This document shows, in pieces, positions 38,997 to 52,246 of a DNA stretch of 64,000 nucleotides. Made by a program: the position numbers and the translations under genes. Positions within the stretch are counted from its first letter, which is position 1. Each line of letters starts with the position of its first letter. The notes under the pieces are model-generated. The model was not told the origin of the DNA. It did not search any database and saw only the letters and a list, made by a program, of their open reading frames with translations. This DNA is from Dipteris shenzhenensis (lineage: Eukaryota): NCBI GenBank assembly GCA_047967505.1, contig CM106538.1, one strand, 5' to 3'.

Positions 38997-41900
38997 ATAC
39001 CGATCATCTAGCATGGCAAAGCACAAGCTAGTGAGGCGTCCCCAACTAACCACACAAAGTATCTATAAGAACCCCTGCCGCGTCCGGTGCGCTCCTATGG
39101 AGTACTTTGTCATAGTCTCACTCAACTAAAAATAATAATGTCCAAAGCAAGATATATCTGAAATATAATTTTCGTAATAGTACCGCCTAGGATCACCACT
39201 ACAGTAGGCACTAGAGTCACCGTCACCCACTTTGCCATGATTGGTAACGCCATTAGTGTAGACACAGCGATCTACATCGTCGCCACCCCACTAGTGGAAA
39301 TGCCTCCCACACCACCAATATGTATAGGAGTTGAAGATGCAAGGGGAGATACCACCCCCTAGCTAACGTGAGGCTTCTTTCGTTGTTGTTTCGTAGCCAC
39401 TCCACCAAACGATTCCTCAGCTTCATCCTGGGTAGGCCCCTTAGGTGCGAGAGTGAGCACCAAGGCAGTCGACCATCGAGGCGCTGTCAATTCCAAATGA
39501 ATGGAAAATAAAATCTCCAGAACCTGCCGACTGCCTACTTCTTATCCACATGAGTTGCCACCCATAAAGCCTCTGCATGATTGAATCCACTCCTTTAGGA
39601 TTCACTCCCATGGCACCATCCTCTCTTCAGCAACATCTATCATCCCTCGAGTCCAAGGCATGATGGTATATGTCTTGGCCTACAAGAACAGTGACTCGAG
39701 AATCCAGCGATACAAGTCCCTCATTTGAGCATCCGAACATTCACTCAACTTGTATTTGCTCCTGATAGGAGCTTCAAACTCTGTCTCCATCACCGCCGGT
39801 GTACACGTTGGTTGCACGATCGTCACTCTGTCCATAGGCAAAAAGAGACATTGATGAATCAATTGCATAGTCAACTCCTGATGCTCATCCACAAGCTCCA
39901 CAATAGATCCTACCGCCAACTACTGACAAAGCGCCGATGCTGATGGATGAACAGCCACCCTCTGCCAATCGATACTACTAAAACTATGAATTCGTAGCCA
40001 CTGAAGACGAGCATCAATCAACTGAGAATCTATATACACCAACGGAAGAAGAGGGAGAAATTGAGCATGAGCCATCCCCATGGCGAGGCGAAGGAGAAGA
40101 AGCAAGATAACAGTGAACGCTGATGAGAGCTGGAAGGTGAATGCACTCAAGAGAACTGCAAGTGCGATGACGAGCAAGTAGCAAGCAACTGGTACATGCA
40201 AACAATGGATTAAGAGTGGTAATTCAGATTGCCAATATCCCGCCCTGATGACAGTGAGTTGCATGGTGGCTAGGCAAGGACCTTGTAGAAGACTGCTATC
40301 ATGTTGCCACGAACCCTTTTGCCACTTGTCCTCATGCAATGGCTCTTCATCGGGTTCAGACTGAAGGAGACTACCCTGCATCGTTGGAAACATTTTCCCA
40401 AGTGCTTTAGGTGCTCATAAAAAGTGCCAAACACACTAAGGTCATCTAGGAAAATGCTTATGAAATCTGTCAAATAGGACCTGAAGATCTCCTGCATTGC
40501 CCGCCATCGCTGAAAGGTCAAGGGAGCATTCCGCAATCCGAACCACATAACTGTGCAGACATAGAAGACCCCCCAAGATGTGATAAATGCTATTTTGGGC
40601 TGGTCTTCTGGAGCCATTCAGATTTGGTTGTACCCGCTATATCCATCCAAGAAGGAGTACACCTCATGCCCTGCCACTTCATCGAGCATTGAATCCATAT
40701 AGGGCAAGGGAAATGGATAAGGAACTGTGGCCGCATTCAGCCTGTAGTAGTCGACACAAATCTGCAATTTCTTGTTTTTCTTTGACACAATGACAATCGG
40801 GGAAATCCACTTTGGATTTTCAATCGGTGTGATGAATCCCACCCACAACAAGCATTCCAGTTCTTCATGCACTTGCTTGGCCACGTGCGGATTCATATGA
40901 TATCTCTGTATCTTTGTCGAAGTGACATCTGGTTTGGGGTTAACCCGGTGTTGGTAAAACTTTGGATTCAGAGCCTTCATATCCACATAGTTCCAAGCAA
41001 ACACATCGAAAAATTCCTGCAACAGGGCAATCAATTCACTGCGGAATTCAGTTGTCAACAAAGTGCTGACTTTGACTGGTTTAGATGCACCATTTGCTTT
41101 GAGAAAAACTGTATCGAGGGTATCCTCCTGAATGCGCATGACTCTACTCATTCGTTCTTTGAATTCCCTCTCCTGCTGCAGGAGGTCTCGTATATCCAAT
41201 TTTGCTGCTACTTGTTGGGGTTCGGACTTCTCCTTCGGGATAGGGCTGACCTCATCCGCCAGACAACTGTGATGCATGTAGCTGTCTATAATGCCTTCCA
41301 CGTCAATGGTGAAGATAGGAACCAACTTTGGATTTGCCTTGAGAAAGGCTTCCTCCTCATCATCCTCCAATCCATTTGCCATGTTCATCGTCTCGGCCAA
41401 CACAGGTCGGATCACATCTGCCAATGGTGCTGCCACTCCCATTGTGACCCGCACTTTCTTCTTTCCTCTCCACACTGAAATGAGATTCTGCTCCCAATTT
41501 TGCTTGACTTTCGCTTGTCGCAACCAAGGCCTACCCAAAAGGATGCTATACTCTGGTGTTGTGGCTTCCATGTTGAGCACCACAAAAGACACTAAAAATG
41601 ATATGCCCACCACCTCCAGAACAATGGCCCACAAGATTCTGCATGGTCGAACTCGGCGTTGATCAGCCATGCAGACTAAGAATGGTGCCGGCTCCCAAGA
41701 CATCCAGCCCATTTCTTGGCAGGTCTTCAAAGTGACAATATTGACCCCCAAACCGCTATCTACTAGCACCAGAGCAAAAGTCCGACCTTGTGCCTTTGTG
41801 AAAATCATCGGAATTCTCATGTCGGTCAGAGGAACTTCCGGAACTAGGCATGAATTAGCTTGACATAGCTCCACCTCTTTTGGTTCAGACTCTGTGTGCA

Positions 41901-44490
41901 GGGAATGTAATGATTGCTGGTGGAATCCCGAAACTAGATTAAGCAATCGGACCAATGAAATTTGGATAGGAGCCTCCAAAATGCACTCCAACCCCGACTC
42001 CCTTTGCGGAGAATTTGCCCGCCTCTTGGCTTGGTTAGCGACCAACAACGGAGTTACTTCGACCGCCATCGGACCATTTCCTGGTAAGTGTAATTTGAAT
42101 TTGGCTTGAGTCTTCGCCTCTCTGATTGAACAACTGGTTCCACAAACTGCACCTTTTGCACTTCACTGGGCGTCGCTGTAGACTCTGGTAGAGACATCAA
42201 TGGTGGCTCCTTCGTTACCAACTCACAGACTTGGCGATGCACGTGTTTCTGAGCTGACCAATCTAGCATCTTGTCGTCGTTCTTGGAAGTCGGTCCTCGT
42301 AGCTTAGTACTAGCACAGATGATTATGCTAATCTACGGGCACACTAGTGGATCATCATCAACAATGTGTACCATCGAAGTGTTGGACATTTTTCCGGCCA
42401 TCTTTTGTCACTTCGCATGTTGCCGATCCCATTCCTGAGCCTCTAGGCATTCGTTCTACCAATGGCCTTCACCCAAACAAAACAGACAGGTCTTTAGACG
42501 ATTCTGATCATGACTCCCGCCTCCACGTCCGCATCCGCAGCCACCATCGCCTCCGCCTCATTGGAACGTCTGTTGTTGTGGCTGGAACGCTTGCTGCTGT
42601 TGCAGCTCTTCTTGCACAAAAGACACAGCTGCATCTTGCTACTCTTAACCAACCGCTCTTTGGCCACACCCATTATAATGGCATGCCACCGTGTTGTGTG
42701 TATTAGTCAAGCAAATTGCACCAATTCGCATTAAGAGCACACTCGACTGCGGAGTGTGACTAGGATTGCGATAGTGAGTACACTGTATCCCCTTCAAGCC
42801 TTTAGGTATGGATCCTTCTCTGGAAGCCACTAGCACACCCTTACCTCCTTTAGAGGCTCTTTGGGCCTTCGTCTCTGCTTCTGAGTCAGAATCCTCCAAA
42901 CTAGTACCTTCAGACCTTCCATCCAAATTGGTCGCATCCGAATCATCCTCATTGTCATCCGACTTCTTGGATTTGGATATTTTCTTCTTAGATTTGCTCT
43001 TCCCAGATTTGCGATTTCTGGATGTCCTCCCATGTAGCGATTCCGCCGCTCACACTACTTGTGCCATGATCGCCACAAGTGTTGTCTGTGTTCGATCCAC
43101 TATGGCCAATGCTGTCCGCAGATCTTGGGACACCGCCGAAATGAAGTAGTCATTGAGTACCTCCTGAGCAGGGCTTTGAGTCACACACACATGTTGCAAG
43201 AGTAAATTGAATTTGAACGCATAACCTTCCACATCTTGATCGCCTTGCTCCAAGCTACGCAATCTCTCCACAGTTTGTGGGATCATTTTTTTCTTGACGA
43301 AACCACCTCAAGAATGCATCACGGGCCGCATCATATGTGGTGAAATGGTTCACTGCATACTCTGCTTACCAGCGTGCTGCCTTACCCGATAAGGTTGACT
43401 CAAAAACCGTCTCTTGTTGGAGTGGTACCATAGCTCCCAGATTGTTGATCCCATACACCTTTTCGAACATCCGAACATGCACATAGGGGTCATCCGACTT
43501 TTTCCCCAAAAACTTAGCATACTTGACGTTTCTCGCGGCAGCCATCATAGTGCTGCCAACGTTTGGTGCTCCTTCAAATGGCCTTCCTTGATTGAAGAGA
43601 TTGCGAGAAGCTGTCGAAACTGCAGTTGGAGACGAAGATGCACTCAGCACCCGGCGTGAATCATTCGAAACCCGTACCCGCGGCTTTGGTGGTGAAACTG
43701 ACTGCACAGGTGGACTCGGATGCCGATTGACCCCCCTAAGCTTCTTGCAGACTGTCTCCTCCATGCTCAAGATCACTATTGTGTCATCTCACAGTCGTGT
43801 CATTGGTGTCAAGGGATCAGGAGGTCCTTTCGAGCGTGTGCGCATGCATGCCTACTAGGAAGCCAACAGTCACAAAATGCACTGCCACGACCACTAGATG
43901 AGGTTCTTCACTAGAATTTCTGCACTCACTTGACCATAAGCAGGATGCTAGGGGTCAGATTGCATCCGACAGAGTTCATCTTGAAACCCACGAATGTGTC
44001 TCCTCACCTCCCGAATCTCCTCCAGAGTGAGTGCAACTACGTGCAAACCTCCATGTGAAGTGCCTCTGCAAAGACGACAAGGAGCAAATGACATGAGTGC
44101 TCAATTTCCCGATCGCAAATTCCTTGCGTGATTGTAAGAATGTGCATCGTCATCACCAATGTGTAGCATCATAAATGCATGCAGACGCTACAGAAAGCAA
44201 TAGACAAACGATACGTGCAACATCCATGAGAACGGAATACAAATATGCAAGAGATAGAACACTGAAGAATACTGTATTCCGGAGCAATAGCTCGCACAAC
44301 ATCTGTGTACACAATGATCTCAGAATGCTAGTAATAGCACGTGTACAGAACCATCTGATGGTTAGAGAAATAGCCATTGAAGACTACAACTACTTGGAGA
44401 TCTAAACCGTCAACCCTTGTGGCTAACCTACCCTCCCACACCCCTCTAGGTCACTACTGCTAACCCGCATGGTTATGCAATTACATGCTT

Positions 44491-45400
44491 GGGATAAGCC
44501 ATGTGTCTTTATCCTGAATGAGTTGCATGACTTTGGAGTGGTGGGGATAGTTGACCTTGTAAAGTTTATCATACACGGCCCTTTGGAAGACAATAAAAGA
44601 TCAACGCTGGTCATGTTTGTGTCAGAAGCACAAAGGGATCTCCTCTTTGTCAGTTTGACATCCATTGGATATCCACTCACAAAAATGTTTCATGGTGTAG
44701 TGTTGCGCTATGACTAAGGCACACGTATTCAAGTCTTGAATCCATACTTGATTTGCTTCTTGAATAGGGTGGTGGTCCTTTAATTTAACTTCCTATAGAT
44801 GCTCTAGAGCTTTATTACAATGAGGAAGAAAAACCTAAACTAGATGCATCAATGGTGGACTATTAAAAGCCAAAGCACCCTGAATTGATAGATGAGATGG
44901 TATCCAACCTATTGAATGATGGATGGATGGTAGCATTGTATCGAATGGGTTTTGTAGCTAAAAAACTAATGTGCCAAGGTATTAATGTAAATATCATTGA
45001 TACCCCCCATCAAATACAATATTTTGATGCACTTTACAGTTGTACTACGGTCTTCAAAGAAGAGAGAGGAGACAAAGAAAGTGACTCAGAGACTGATGAC
45101 TCTAGTGCAAGTAATGAGGAGATGGATAACTCTTCATCTAGTGGGGATCACATGCTTGAACTATGCACGAAGAGGAAGAGTGATTTTATATCAGAGGGAG
45201 CAAAGGAGGTTCCACTTGTCATACGAGAGGGCCAGAGGCAAGAAGTCGTCCACTATGTCGAAGGCAAAGGGAAGGCTACAGAAGTGGAAAGTGTAGAGAA
45301 ATTAAAACCCTGTAAGCCAACCAAAGCCTTAAATGAAGGGGGGATGAAGGCCAGGGACGTGGAGCAGCTGGGATATTAAGCAAAGAGATTGAAACTGGAA
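44491..45400 (+). pseudogene. Decayed ORF, C-terminal continuation of 28403-29905; possibly methyltransferase-like
   Basis: Removing element 4 and one TSD joins FMAMSCDA-WDKPCVFILNELHDFG in frame. KPKHPELIDEMVSNLLNDGWMVALYRMGFVAKKLMCQGINVNIID (44867-45001) is followed by an acidic tail. Confidence 0.45.
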
Positions 45401-46069
45401 GCGGGAAGATTGGCGAGGATCCCAACCTCAAGGTTAAAAAAGTGGAGTAGGTGGGATACTAAACAAAGAGTCTGATCCTGAAAACTTAAAGAGTGGTGAG
45501 GATCCTAATCCTCCAGAGCAGACTGGTGAGGATCCTAATCCTCCAGAGCACCTTCGACAAGGCTTTCCATTGACATAGATGGAGAGAGAGGAATTTGATG
45601 CACAGAGGCACGAAGAGAGGGAGGAGACTATGAAGATAGCAGCACAAGAGTAAAAGACTTTTACGGAATATTATAAAAGCACGACAAGATCTGTTCGACC
45701 TCTTAAGTAACCTTCATTATCGCAGCACTCGGTATGGGCGATTTGATGTGGATGCTGAAGAAACAATAAGGGCCTCACAAAGAAATTATCAAGAAACAAT
45801 CTGTGACTGCTTGAATTTCTTTCCTCATTGTAATTATATTGAGGATACAAACGTGGAGTTAGTGGAAGAGTGGGTTGTTGAGCAGATAAGAGAGACGAAT
45901 GATCAAATCTTCTAGTCTTCATAATATATCAACTAGCTTGTGACATGCTACTATATAGAAGGTGTGTGTCGCCATCTCTTGATAGGTCTTCTTGTATTAG
46001 TTGCGTGTGTCACAGCTTCACCTTAGAAACTCATACCTCATCTATGTGATGAGCTTGTTATTTTATGTA

Positions 46070-46360
46070 GTCCGTCATGACCTGTGTGGTCTCAGCTTGT
46101 GTGGCACCATATCTCGACTTGTGTGGTCTCCGCCTGTGTGGCAATATATCTTGACCTTTGTGGTCTCGACCTATGTGGCATATCTCAACCTGTGTGGTCT
46201 TGGTTTGTGTGGCATTATATCTCGACCTTTGTGGTCTCAGTTTGTGTGGTCTATAATATTATATTTGATAATCTTCTCTACAACAAGCCTGGTTGGGTTC
46301 AGCAAATTATATTAAATTTTTTATGTCTCGACCTTTGTGGTCTAGGTATGTGTGGCCTGT
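46070..46360. repeat. Degenerate tandem array (tgtggtctc/tgtggca..atctcgacc units)
   Basis: Repeated TGTGGTCT and TCTCGACC motifs are visible. Confidence 0.75.
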
Positions 46361-46399
46361 AATAATATAGTTGCTAATCTTATTTTGTATTCTCTGCAA

Positions 46400-47400
46400 C
46401 AAGCTTGGTGGGGCTGAGCAGATCATATTAGAATTTCAAGTGTATTTTGTTTTTGAGTGGCAAATTCACATCTTGTGTGGCTCTTATGGTAGGGTGTATT
46501 TCTACACCAAGATGGTATATATGTATACCACCTTTGCAAGAGAATTGGTCATTATATTAATGTTCAAGTTGTTGGTAATCTCATCAAGTAGTTGGTTTTT
46601 AAAGTTTGCTTTAAAAACTACATTGGGAGTGTATTTGAGATTTTTGGACTTTTCTTTAGTCCAATTTTGAAATTGGACTTTAGAAAGTCCAACATTTTTG
46701 AATACAATGTTTCTACTTGGTTGAACTTTGGAGCCCTTTTGTCTTTGTTGATTTTGCACGCTTTAGTTGTGCAAGCCAAACGATGATTGATATGTTGTAG
46801 TACTATGCTAACCAACATTCAATGCTGGTATGCCCATCAGCTTTGCACTTTATGGTTGAAACTTCTACTTTTTTGGGACTTCCTCATATACCCAATCTCT
46901 TTGAAAGCTTTTTCAATAAATCTTTATCCATTTTGTTGATTCCTTTTTGACAATTAGCTCTTCTTCTTCTTCTCCATTGTCACTCTCCACAAAGACTACA
47001 TTTTTTTTTCATATGGGCTCATTGATGATCCCCCTTCTTGATTTCAATTGCTTGGTGTAGTAATTTATCATATGGTCTTATTAGATTATGACTTCCATAT
47101 TTGTGACTTTGTGGCATTGGTGAGGCCACCCAACAAACATGTCCCAAGGCTTATTTCATTTATGTCGATGGTCGGTTGATTAGTGAGCACCATCATTCAA
47201 GCCACAAATTTACATTCCATCATAATGAACTAAAGACTACTTTTAAATGGTACACATTCAATTGACAGTAGCACCCCATTATACATGGAGGAAGTAGCAC
47301 CCATTGTACATGGGGATAAATAGAAGGTCTAAAAAAATGTTCACACAATTAAAAAGAATTTCAAAGCAATTAAAGAAATCACCCTTTTGGGATAATTTTA
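46400..47400 (-). mobile_element. Possible highly decayed gag remnant
   Basis: Minus-strand KCKADGHTSIEC near 46820-46850 resembles a CCHC knuckle; little other support. Confidence 0.3.
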
Positions 47401-47939
47401 TTCTTTATGGTATCCATAAGGGAGAAATTATTTGCCTTCTCATCAAACTTTTCCTAGTAGTGTTTGAAAGGTGGCTTGTTAAAAATGCCCTTTCTTAGGA
47501 GTGATTTAAAAAGGCTAAAATTTGAGAATCAATTGCATTGTATTTGCGAGGAGAATCATCAGGTTTGCAAGGGAAGCTTTGACCCGTGCTTTTAAAAAAA
47601 TAGATTTGAAAAAATTACCATATCTAACCCACCTTGTTTTAAAGGGTAGCTTTTTAAAAGTTGTTTAGTTTGGATGAACTTGAAAAAAAGGGAATATTTG
47701 ATAAACTATCCTATATGACAAAGGGTATTTTACAATGGGAAATAAACCACCCTTTTTAAACCATATAAAGGGTGATATTTGGTTGCCCTCCTACCAATAC
47801 TCTTGTAGTGGTATTCCATAGTTGGGTATCCAATAAACAAATTATATGCCACTACCTAAAACTAGCATAAGTGGTGACATTGGACTAGACCAATGATTCA
47901 TAAGTTTATTAAAAAAAACAAATAAAGAACAGCTTTCTA

Positions 47940-50280
47940 GATTTTATTAAGAAGGGTGGGTGAAGCCCTAAAGAAACACATGTTACAAAATATGGCCAAC
48001 ACAGGGCCAAGACCCAAGGCCTATGCTAACAAGCAAAAGAACCACGGAACAAACTTATATCACCAAGAGATTGGCAATACCGTTGCCCAACCATAGAGGA
48101 CTTTGGATCTAGCAGTTGTGACATATCCACAGCATGGTTAACTGGGCGGACCTTAGCACCAAGGATTCTCGGAGCCCCATATTTTTCCATCCCTGAAGAA
48201 TATATGATTCCGTACCATCCAGGTAGAGAAGATGATCGCCCCCCTGATGAAAGGCCAGCACTCCCGAAGAGTGGACGAAAGACCTACCAAATCACCTAAG
48301 AACACCAACTTCTAATTGCCACCGATATAGAACTTAGACATTAACCTAGCTGACCTAATTGCTGCTTCTACTCTAGACTAGGACCGTCTTACTAACAGGG
48401 CATTTCCAAACCAGGTGTAGCATAGTCTCTTGAGAATGCCCACAAAGGGGATACAAGGGATTAACTGGTATTCATTTTGCCAACTTAGCTCGAACTGGAA
48501 GCCACTGATGCATAACTTTCCACAATAGGAAAACTAAATTTCTCAAATTCGCAACCCTGCCATATATCCTAAAAGTGTCTTCTCCACCACATAGGAGCTC
48601 GACAGAGTTCCCACATTGCTCCTATCCAAAAGGATCTTATATGCCTTCTTCACAGCTAGCTTCTTCAAAGAGGAACTCCCCAACCTCCATTGCATATGTC
48701 TAGAATTCTTGTTAAGGACATAATTGGTAGGCCAACCTGCAAGCAAAGAATTCATGAGATTATGCATAAATGCAGTCTCCTAACATTCAGAGAAAAATTA
48801 TAGCTAATGTCACCAGTTGACTACCAATTCCCTTTTCTAAAATCCCAGACTCTTACCCAATAAACAAGGCCCTTATTGCAAGATAATTTCAAGTCAAACC
48901 AGGCTAGTGAAGCCACCTTATCCAATTGAGCTCTGCTCCACCATATACATTCCAGCAAACTAGCATCTCCTCTTAAACAACTAGTTCCTTTCCAAGCACA
49001 CACATCTATCACCATCCACCAAGCCGCAAGCATCCCATCCACAAAATCCGATCCAATGATCTTCAATGGATCATCAAAAAACAACCTTTTATACCATTTC
49101 AGACTCCTCCACAGCCAAACTTTGTCAGCTTTCCCATTCTCAAAAAACTAGATGACCAATTCACTCTAAGGAGTTAGATCACTAAAAAGCTTAGGAAGCC
49201 ATTTTCCCATCAATACTGCATTCTTTAGTTGAGCATTAGGAATCTCCAACCCCCTGGATTGCTTCGGTGCCTTCAGAGAATTCCAAGTAATGTAATGCAT
49301 TTTCCTCTTACGTTCCTCCTAAGCCCAAATGAAAGACTGGAAACACTTTTCTGTTTGATCCCACTGCGATTTTTGAAATTGCACCCGGTAGAGACATAAT
49401 AATCAAGGCTACAAGCACATGTTTGACAATCAGTGACGTGGCATTCCACCCCAAGGCTAGTCCACACCAAGACTTTAGCGTAGACTTTATTCTATCCTTA
49501 AACCATACAAACCTCTACCTCATTGTCAACCCCAAGCCTAAGGGAGCACCCAAATACCTTATGACCTCACCCCGAGGCATCCACTACACTGGCATGTTAT
49601 TTAGGCAGATGGGGAGTGCATCCAAAGACATTCGTAACCCATATGATTTTTGCCAGCTCCACACTGAACTAGAGGCTTGGAAAAACTTGGCCATAGCAAT
49701 TCTTAAGGCATTAGCCCTTCTCGCATCTTCCTTGCAAAACGTCATCAGATCATTGGCAAACATCTGCGAGCTTACCTGCCTACCAAATGGCAGAGTCACA
49801 CCATGCAAATCACCAGACCTATGAGCTAGCTTGAGCAGGTTTAGCAATGGCACTGAGCCAATCACAAATAGTAATGGAGCGATGGCACAACCCTGCATTA
49901 TGGATTGGGTGAAACTGAAAGAACTGACCACCCCTCCATTCGAACATAATGCAGCAGAGGCATCTCCAAACAACATAGCCATTGTCGGACCAAAGGCATC
50001 ACCAAAACCCAATCTCTGAAGGACAACAAGGATATAATCCCATCTGATTCTGTCATAAGCCTTGTCTAAGTCCAAGCCAAGAAGAATACATTTATGAACA
50101 AACTTATAAGCATAACCCAATGCCAAACAGACATTTAGAATATTCTTGAATATATCTCTATCCTTTACAAATCCACATTGCTCTCTATCAACAATTTGCC
50201 TGCATACCTCTCGTATTCGTAGGGCCATTGCCTTTGCAATCACCTTGTATGAAGTGTTCAACATGGTGATTGGTCTCCAT
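47940..50280 (-). mobile_element. 5'-truncated L1-clade LINE, decayed
   Basis: ORF 49584-50264 has LNTSYKVIAK, QCGFVKDR, LDLDKAYDRIRW, QGCAIAPLLF and MFANDL; decayed downstream ORF2 pieces; AATAAAA near the 3' end. Confidence 0.85.
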
Positions 50281-52140
50281 GCTAAATCTTAGATCTTTGC
50301 TTTGTAGCAATTCATGTATCTAAGCAACAACATCGTAGGTGATCGAATCAACATGGTGATTGGTCTCCATGGTGAAGTGATTCATAAGTTGATTGTTGAG
50401 GATGTAAATTACAGTTCATGTGCATGTAGTGAACACATGGTAAAATGGGGTGCCCAAATGTATAGTCTAAGGGCAAAGAGACCAATATGGTTATCAAATT
50501 TAGAGTTGTGTAAAGATCTTTATATCTTTCATCTTATTAAATAGAGAGTGTACATATTGTATAGCATCCTTATGCCTTCGAGGCTTCCTCGTAGCCCTCT
50601 CACCTCTCCCACCTTCCTCACACTCCCTCGACACTAGAGGTTACAATTATGGTTTTCAAGCATTGAGATAACCCTCAAATTGAGCATTAAGGAGCCCTAC
50701 AATTGAACATTAAAGAGGACTCAAATTTCTCAATGCCTTTTAATATTTTTGCAAATCCTTCATTTCCCAAAATTTGGGGGAAATAAAGGCAAATGAGCCT
50801 TCCAAAGGATTGGTTATTTTGAAAATGGATAAGTTTCTTTGGCTATATGGAAATTTATATATTTTTAGACTGGTTTCAGACCTTCCACGACAAGGCGCAT
50901 GTCTAATTTAATCATTTTAGAACTTCTATTACAAAAACTAGCCAACCTACCACATTTTAAACAAGCCTTCTATGTAAGATTTATGAAAAAAGGAGAAGGA
51001 TAGCCTTCTATGTAAGCTTTATCAAAATGTACCACATTTTAAACAAGCCTTCTATGTAAGCTTTATAAAAAAAGGAGAAGGATAGCCTTCAATTCATAGA
51101 AATTGTCCATTTTTCACAGATGCAAGGCTTGCACATGCAAAATTTCCTTTTTTCTTTGAATTTCTCTCTTGCGTAAGAAAAAAAATAGACGTAACTCCAT
51201 GCTCTACTTATGGGTGCAATTTAAGAGGGAGGGTTGAGGATACATATTGCACAATGTGCATATATTGTACACACTCATTTTCAACCATGCCTTACATTGG
51301 TGCATACTAAAATTCTTGAATAAATTGTCCTAATGATTTACAAACCAAATAGATATGATAATATGCACACAAACATCTATCATTGGAGGCACTTCATTCA
51401 TGACCAATGATCCTATACTTATAATCACCTTTGAGTTATGTACATATATATTATGCCCTACATCATAAAATGCTCCCTGTGATGGGCTATTTCACATATT
51501 AAAAGAATAGGTATGGTTACTTTGAAAAGTCGACATGAATGCTCATTTTAAGATTTCTAACTATATACATACACTATTCTGAAAGTGACCACCCAAACAA
51601 AAAGTTGTGAACCTATAAAATACATTATTTGTCCATGTTTCCAACTGGCCTTTTACGATGGGTCAAGAAGCAGAATTGATGCTTGCGTTTTGAACACCAT
51701 GCCGAGAGCTAAAAGGGCAAAATTTTCTTTAAGACACTCTTACATCAGATTTTATGAAAGTCATCTCCAAAGGATACGTAATGGGCATATTATTCTCCTA
51801 TAGAGGTATAAGGCAAGGTAGCAATACTTATTTGCACATAGATAAAGATACAAAGGAATATAAAGCAATATAGGAGGGTTAGTAGTCCCTCAATGCATCA
51901 ATAGTTTGATTGCACATTTTAGCAATCCAAACTAATGCTCACTTGAGCAATCCAAACTATCTCAAAGCAATTAGGTACCCAAGATGCTTTAATAAAGTCT
52001 CTCAATTAAATAGAGAGGAATGGAAAAAGGATGGGAGGGAGGCTACTAAGATTACCCAAAAAAATTTAGGTATGCTTTTTAAAGTTTGATCTTCAAAATA
52101 TAAAAAGGAAGCTTTTGGGTTAACACTCTATTAAATAAAG

Positions 52141-52142
<2 letters not shown>

Positions 52143-52234
<92 letters not shown>

Positions 52235-52246
52235 CTCTCTCTCTCT
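52143..52246. repeat. (CT)n microsatellite
   Basis: Directly visible; shorter tracts occur at 52346-52369 (CT), 52962-52992 (GAA) and 54800-55015 (GA/CA). Confidence 0.95.

Larger units (their letters stand above)
29906..44485 (-). mobile_element. Gypsy element 4 (non-chromovirus, Tat-like layout), decayed; RH and INT not detected; long 3' internal region
   Basis: LTRs at 29906-30231 and 44162-44485; TSD TGCTT at 29901-29905 and 44486-44490; gag 43050-43776; PR VLVDSGLGVNI and RT at 40270-42069 (FLDDLSV). Confidence 0.9.

Noticed and set aside
46070-46360. Regularly spaced repeats superficially like a CRISPR array (also 28088-28200)
   Set aside because: Degenerate tandem units without unique spacers, in a eukaryotic context with no cas genes.
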